Shown piece by piece: positions 57,885 to 64,000 of a DNA stretch of 64,000 nucleotides. The position numbers and the translations under genes were made by a program. Numbering within the stretch: the stretch's first letter is position 1; every line of letters starts with the position of its first letter. Source of the DNA: an uncultured Nitrososphaerales archaeon (lineage in GTDB: Archaea > Thermoproteota > Nitrososphaeria > Nitrososphaerales > Nitrososphaeraceae); NCBI GenBank assembly GCA_963713605.1, contig CAVQMO010000005.1, forward strand, positions 278,271 through 342,270, read 5' to 3'. The notes below the pieces were generated by a model, which worked only from the letters and a program-made list of their open reading frames with translations, was not told where the DNA came from and searched no databases.

Positions 57885-58722
57885 ATCTGGACTTACAAAA
57901 CCTGAGAGTTGATCTAAGAACCATTATCTTTGACATTCACTAACACTGATTCAGGAGTGTTCAGCACAAAGATCTACTTGCACATTATCTAACAGCTATT
58001 ATTGGCCACACCAAACCACACATCATGCATTGACAGCAACCAGCACCCAAATGCTAGGCCGAATGTCCTGAAACAATATCCGAACTCAAGGGATTGAACT
58101 ATATCGGTTAGAACACGAGAATTCGGCCAATGGCTATGATTGGGTTGCTTGCCAAGGTAATATTTTATATGTGCGTTATACGTAATTCCAATTGCTGTAC
58201 CAAAAGTACAATGAAGCAGATATAACCAGAACCTAATACTTCACGAACCTTCTACTTCAGGAACCTCTGCTACAGCAGAGAACGTCCTGTAAAAGTTGGA
58301 GGACTTAGCGATGGGGCACGGGTTCTGGTTCGTATAGGAGACAACCATACCGGTAAATGGTGATTCCCGTCCCCATATTTTTTCTATTTTTGAGAGACCA
58401 GCAATATGACGTGGCATTTAGAAATCGTTTGCCCTTTCGATACTTCGTCTAATTTTAGTACTTTTATGGGTGGGCTGCACTTACCATATTAGAAAGCCTT
58501 TTCACACCGATTACACATCCAGGCAAGTAACCACCGTGATGACGATCTCCATGAGTCATTTGACTCCATGATTAACTTGATGGTCATCATCATAACTCAT
58601 TGAATCATGTTTAAATGAACTGAATTGAACAGCTTTCTAAGTCTAATTGAACCCAAATTGGCATATCTTCATGAACGTATTGCAACGGGATGAAGCCCGA
58701 TCTATCCGAACGTAAAAGATAG

Positions 58723-58761
58723 CATTTTGAAACATTTTGAAACATTTTGAAACATTTTGAA
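58723..58761 (+). repeat. 10-bp tandem repeat (CATTTTGAAA) x about 4
   Basis: Read directly from the sequence. Confidence 0.9.
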
Positions 58762-59374
58762 CAATCCTGACTGACATCATTGAATCCAGCTAGGGGTGTA
58801 CTGACACTATTTGTCAGTCAAGCAAAAATAACAATAACTAACCAAGATTTCAAAAAATGTTGAATACAATTAGTTAACGTTAACAGCTAGACGTTCTCCA
58901 TATTGTGCAACTAAAATAAATCATGCTTGTACGGCTTGAAAAGAAAAACCCGCGTATTAACTCAACTAGTCTTTACTTTGATAGACGCTAACTGATCTAT
59001 AAAACAATACAGTCCAAGAAAAAGAGGGCACAGGTAAGGTATATATGCTCAGAATCGGGTTTCATGGTGCAAGTTGGTAAGGCGCTTGAAAATGTGTCAA
59101 TGTCAGCCTTAAATAGAATCAGTGGGTAACAGCAATACATAGAAAAATAATCACCTGGGTAATCACATGTTTGGTCTTGGAATAATTTTAATGCATTTAA
59201 CAGACTACTTTAAAATAAGAAAATATGAAAAGAGGAAAAGAGGACCAAAATATAAGGAATATTTAAGGGCAGGGCGGCTAGGCTAGGAAACGCATGACCT
59301 CGAGTTACCGACTCATGATTTAAGCTTTCTCGAAGGACTTGCCACACAGTAAAAACGCTACTTCGACTCAAAGG

Positions 59375-59641
59375 CTAAACGAATACAGGATTTTCTATTG
59401 ATCCTTTATTTCCGAGCCCCTCTTCTCCAATTGATATAGCGTCAAGACTTTGCTTCAGCTTGATCTTGTATTTCAAGTTCCTGGGCTTTCCCCGTAATCT
59501 GTACCCACAGCAAGGACACCATGGGCCATCCCATTTGATAAACAGCTCGCAAATTTGACACCTTTTCTGACCGGACGCATAACGTCCAGCTCCACTGGGC
59601 TTTGCAGCTTTGTGTCTATTGCATATCCCTTTACAAACCAA
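59375..59641 (-). CDS. Cys-rich zinc-finger protein of the thaumarchaeal CKGIC family
   Basis: CKGICNRHKA..RY..GQKRCQICELFI.W.G..CPCCGYRLR.KPRN. Confidence 0.8.
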   Translation of the reverse strand: MVCKGICNRHKAAKPSGAGRYASGQKRCQICELFIKWDGPWCPCCGYRLRGKPRNLKYKIKLKQSLDAISIGEEGLGNKGSIENPVFV

Positions 59642-59919
59642 ATTAATTCACTTGGCATTAGTTCACAGAACAAACTTATAAAATTTTGCAAAACTAGCCA
59701 TCTTTATAGTGGAAATTATATTCTGAAGTGTAATATTCATGTACACCCCTAGCTATATTTGTTGACATCTTGAACCAACCAGATGTGCCATGTCCTCATA
59801 GTCATAAAAAATGAAAGACTAAAGCAGCGAAGTGTCAGTTTCATCGGTTAGTCACTTTGCCACCTCGAGAGTTAGGTGGTGCTAAGGAAAGTTTCGAAAT
59901 TGAGCAAGATAGCCGAGCA

Positions 59920-59962
<43 letters not shown>

Positions 59963-60066
59963 TCCTGATTTGTAAGCTCGGGATGATTGTTAGTAAGCTA
60001 TGCTATACTCACTACAGAAAAACTTTCAGTATTGGATAAATAGTTCAATAACTATATACATCATAG

Positions 60067-60288
60067 ATGATACTTGGGAAGCTCTTAAGCCCCCGGAAGC
60101 AAGTATGCAATAATTGTGGCGAAAAATTCCATGAATATAGCGACTTGGTTGCGCACGTAAAATCAAAGCACCATGGTCCCGTATCACGCTGCCAAACTTG
60201 TGGTGAAGAATTTGTGAGGGAAAGCGACAGATACCGTCATATACAAGAGGAAAAGTCACGAAAACTAGATTCTCGCAGACATAGGTAG
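60067..60288 (+). CDS. C2H2-type zinc-finger protein
   Basis: CNNCGEKF...LVAHVKSKH and CQTCGEEF...RYRH. Confidence 0.75.
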   Translation: MILGKLLSPRKQVCNNCGEKFHEYSDLVAHVKSKHHGPVSRCQTCGEEFVRESDRYRHIQEEKSRKLDSRRHR

Positions 60289-60411
60289 TTTCAGGGTTCC
60301 TGTTGCTGGCCTTGAACTTCAGGCAGATTATCTAGAGCTCTAAATATTAACCTAGGCCAGAGTCGACCGCTTCGGAAGTGAAGGCAGGGGAAGTCGGACC
60401 CTCAAAAGAAC

Positions 60412-60771
60412 CTAAGGATAGAATCCAGTAATTCCGCTTGCTTTCAAATTCTCATTAACATTATTGAATATCCTCTCAGACAAGGACTCCTCATTTGATG
60501 TACCAACATGGTCTGGAGTGGTAGTATATTTAGGCTCCAAAGTCTGGCTATTCTCACTTAGAGTTGAGTTTGCTGGTCCACTGGGTGTAATAGGATCAGA
60601 AGAGCCCAGGTTAGCATCACTTGGTGGCGTGACACCCTCACTAGGAACAGCAGCTGGTATAATCTGTGCAGTTGTTGATTCCACGCAATTGCCGATTAGG
60701 GTACTAATAACCAAAAGAAATGATAGACACACAGTCCTATGAATGGTAGCAGATGACCTTTTGATTAACAA
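60412..60771 (-). CDS. Hypothetical secreted protein
   Basis: 119 aa, signal peptide ending TTA-Q, P/S-rich. Confidence 0.55.
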   Translation of the reverse strand: MLIKRSSATIHRTVCLSFLLVISTLIGNCVESTTAQIIPAAVPSEGVTPPSDANLGSSDPITPSGPANSTLSENSQTLEPKYTTTPDHVGTSNEESLSERIFNNVNENLKASGITGFYP

Positions 60772-61413
60772 GCCAACCTTGTACTAGAACGATGGACTTA
60801 TTTTGATTAGCAAATGAATGGTAGAACATAAGTATTGTTATGATACCACTTTTGGTTAACATAATTAATCAATTAGAACTCTCTCATTCACTAACCACAT
60901 ACCATGTATGATTCATACTCCTCTGCATTCTTATACTTGATTAGACCCTAGTTGGTGTTTGCATTTTTTCATAGATTAGTGGTTGTTTACTTTTTGTAAA
61001 CCATTTTCAAAGTCAAATACTACGACTTCTTTATCAGAAGAGTTATCTTTGTATTTTATGACGGTTAGTATATGTTGCTTTTTCCACATACCACCCAGTA
61101 TACCAAAAGCTAACACTCGATCTGAAGATAGCGGCGAAGTAGTCTCTGATATAAGTGGAGTTGAGTGATAACTGATGACATCGACTTTATTTAGACTAGC
61201 AGCCAACACTTGCAGCTGGATTAGCAAACATGAAAACACGTGATGATATTACCATAACAGTAAAAATGAATGTAATAGCAACTCGTAGTTTTGGATCTTT
61301 CTTAATCTCGAAGCAGGCAAAGATATACACCCTCCCTCGTCGTAATCAACTGGTTATATCGCCAATGCGATTACAGTCTGGACCATCGTTAGCTGTCTTA
61401 CCGATGAATACAT

Positions 61414-61599
61414 TCACAAGACATGGAAATCCATCGGGTTTGCTGCCTCAACTTCACTCTCAGGGAAAAGAATTAGTTTGTCATTCATCAAAAAAGATTT
61501 ACGCTTGTTCATGGCAGACTTTATCATATTTTCTGAAATATCTATTCCAACTACAGATGATCCGCTGCAATAAAAAAGGACTGAAAGTCGGTTCCGCAA
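61414..61599 (-). pseudogene. Class I SAM-dependent methyltransferase fragment
   Basis: GSSVVGIDISENMIKSA (motif II); motif I degenerate. Confidence 0.5.
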
Positions 61600-61777
61600 C
61601 CAATGTCCAAAACCCTTGTAGGATTATGGATTTTTATTACATGTTTAGTTCATTTAATATTAGGTAATTTGTCGAATGAAGGAGACTTCCGAGAATCGCT
61701 GGAAAGACTAATCAAGAAGCTGATATTGACTACTTCTCCTTTGCTGCATGAATATGCACCACCATTATCATAAAAAG

Positions 61778-62098
61778 TCAAATCGTAAAGTCAAAATCAC
61801 GAACTATTTTTCCTATAGGGCTGCCAATTGTCTCGTCAAATTCTGTCTCTTCGTTTTCACCACCTGCAAAGAGAAGTGCCTTTACTCTATATGCACCAGT
61901 GCTAGGATTAGCCTCAGAGGAGACAATGAAACTATCAGAATCGCCTCCCAGTGAAAACGGCGTATTCGGATCAGGATCTCCTACAATTATGACTTGCCCT
62001 TCAAAGGAGCAGTTATACCCTTGGTAAGGAACATACACCCTTGCGTCTACAGCCACCACTCTTCCAGTTGTCTTCAACGTTGTTCTCCCTCGTTTCAC
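61778..62098 (-). CDS. Hypothetical beta-rich protein, apparently 5'-truncated
   Basis: 106 aa coding-like ORF ending DFDFTI; abuts the next gene head-to-head. Confidence 0.4.
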   Translation of the reverse strand: MKRGRTTLKTTGRVVAVDARVYVPYQGYNCSFEGQVIIVGDPDPNTPFSLGGDSDSFIVSSEANPSTGAYRVKALLFAGGENEETEFDETIGSPIGKIVRDFDFTI

Positions 62099-62102
62099 CG
62101 GG

Positions 62103-62913
62103 TTGACGATGACCGTTGTCGCGACTGTTGCTTCTTTAGCCTTTTTGGTCGTACTAGTTTCTCACTCACCGACATATGCAAAGTATTCGAATAGTCAAGC
62201 ACAATCATTTGTCAATGAGTGCCTGTCAGGCGACTCTGGCGAATCTCCATTCTGCTTAAATGGCGGTCCTCAAATACAGGCCGACGGCAGCGTCAGTAGT
62301 CCTATGAACACACAAGTATCTAATGGTGGAGGACAAGGTGAACAAGAGGTATCCTGGTCCTCAAGGTCCTAAAGGTGATAAAGGTGATACTGGTTCGCAA
62401 GGTGAACAGGGTCCTCAAGGTTTGACTGGTGGGCAAGGGCCACAAGGGGAACAGGGAATTCAAGGAGAGCAAGGACCAGCAGGTCCAGCGGGACCGACAG
62501 GACCAAAAGGTGATACTGGGGATCCAGGACCAGCAGGTCCTACAGGTGCTACAGGGCCACAAGGGGAACCCGCCCCGCAACAAACACTGAAGGTTTCAAG
62601 AGCAACTGGCTCTATCACCGTCCCCGCCGGACAGTCTGGTAGTCTTCCGGTAGACTGCGGTGAGATAGACCTTACGGATGGAAGTAGGCCCGTTGTAACA
62701 GGCACATTTGCTATCAGGGATCCAGGTAACAATCCCAATTATTCTATACTTAGTAGTGGACCCTATATTGTTTCAACCAATGTAGGTTGGGAAGTAGATA
62801 TATCTAACCCTGGTCCTTCTAGCATTACTCTTAACTGCATCTTGCACCACGTTAGCGCCTGCACAGTAGGATTGATTGGGGCATTAATCGAATTGCATAC
62901 GTCTATTAAATAA
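62103..62913 (+). CDS. Collagen-like protein: signal peptide + C-x10-C domain + 24 Gly-X-Y triplets + C-terminal beta domain (frameshift near 62350)
   Basis: [36 protein letters not shown], then [12 protein letters not shown]...GPQGEP. Confidence 0.8.
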
Positions 62914-62914
62914 A

Positions 62915-63140
62915 TTATCGATTGATTTGTTGCCCTTCCATGCTTTCAATCCGATTTAATCTATCCTCCAATGCTTTCAGCGCTAATTCGGAAGGGCCCT
63001 CTGATAGAAACCTAAATCTTGCTTCATTTGACTGGATGATTAACTTCAATGCCATTAACTTTTCTCTAATAGGAACTGAAGAATCATTGTATATCTTCAA
63101 TTCTTTCTCGGCTTCTTCAATTCCATCAATAGTAATGGGC
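62915..63140 (-). pseudogene. C-terminal fragment of a coiled-coil hypothetical protein
   Basis: IDGIEEAEKELKIYND..REKLMALKLII..NEARF..EGP..LEDRLNRIE with no N-terminus. Confidence 0.4.
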
Positions 63141-63160
63141 TAAATCTGATTTAGGTCAGT

Positions 63161-63271
63161 GTGGTAACAATCATGGAGTTCAGAGATGGTAAGGTCGCAC
63201 ATGAAACACACTACTATGCAGATCCTTTCGAACCACCTGAGTGGCGATCTCAATGGGTAAAGAGAATGTAA
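63161..63271 (+). pseudogene. NTF2/SnoaL-like C-terminal fragment
   Basis: VVTIMEFRDGKVAHETHYYADPFEPPEWRSQWVKRM, stop. Confidence 0.65.
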
Positions 63272-63670
63272 CTATCAGTGCCAATCATGGAGTCCGCTAG
63301 AACATGTGGTTACTTATAGCATATTCGGTAGGTTCCATTAGTTCTCTAATACTATTAGGTTCCACACAGAAAAGACGTGTCCTTCTATGCACACCCTATT
63401 GATGTCTTGATGGCCTGCGCTGAATAAGGTAGAGTCTGTATTATTTGGTTAAGCTGCCTGTAGTAGATATGTTCCCTACTCTTGCAAATGAATTTGCTGT
63501 TCTGATGAATCCATCTAGTGGGTGCATGCACCTCTATCATTTGAAGTACTGCTATCAGTTAGATATCTTGAGCTCCATCTAATCTAGCATTCAGAGATGC
63601 TTTTGAGTTGGCACTCACATCTTGCATGTTACTAACAAAACTCTTCAGTTTTTGTATCCTTGAGCTGGCG

Positions 63671-63886
63671 TTAGTCACAGTCCGTGTGAAAGATGCTGGT
63701 TTGAATATTACATTTCCAGTGCCATCTGAAAGCTATTACTCTGAAATTATGTGTACCAATAGCTAGATTATTGAAAATAATGGGACTAGGACAAATAGTA
63801 AAAGGCTTCGAGTCCAAACTGCATTGGAACACATTATCAGTACCTGTAAATATAGTAGTTAAATATAGTGTAAATGGTTCAATCAA
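63671..63886 (-). pseudogene. Ig/FN3-like surface-protein fragment
   Basis: FQCSLDSKPFTICPSPIIFNNLAIGTHNFRVIA. Confidence 0.5.
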
Positions 63887-64000
63887 TCTTACTCAAACGT
63901 TCTTAAGTGCTTTCTAACGTGCAACAGATTAGACAAGGTATTACGATCATGATGGTTAATGGTCAGAGATTATTTAGAGGTTCATAATTGCATAAGGAGT

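Overview
AT-rich archaeal chromosomal window, most consistent with a soil ammonia-oxidising archaeon (Nitrososphaeraceae). This placement is inferred from lineage-typical families (CKGIC zinc-finger protein, expanded winged-helix family, PsbP-like and BNR surface proteins, F420-type LLM oxidoreductase) and from TATA-proximal starts. About 20 single-base frameshifts split otherwise intact genes, including glmS, which points to long-read indel errors. No rRNA, tRNA, CRISPR array or transposase was recognised. 1-20 kb is a glycan/cell-surface locus: a modular AA5 copper-radical oxidase (GlxA/galactose oxidase-like) converging on a processive GT2 synthase and wecB, plus a LamG-PQQ sugar dehydrogenase, an LpxD-like acyltransferase, a PIG-L deacetylase and tatA. 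21-64 kb is dominated by secreted hypothetical proteins and gene fragments. The main leads are: (1) three tandem Q/N-rich C-x10-C micro-proteins with a conserved promoter palindrome, whose domain recurs at the N-terminus of a collagen-like protein (candidate archaeal fibre/amyloid system); (2) a CslA-GlxA-like glycan module; (3) a four-member secreted family with an SPWFPS..C domain; (4) a five-copy 16-bp operator forming two inverted pairs with identical 38-bp spacing plus one copy at a winged-helix regulator; (5) a strong Gln bias at the predicted mature N-termini of secreted proteins.
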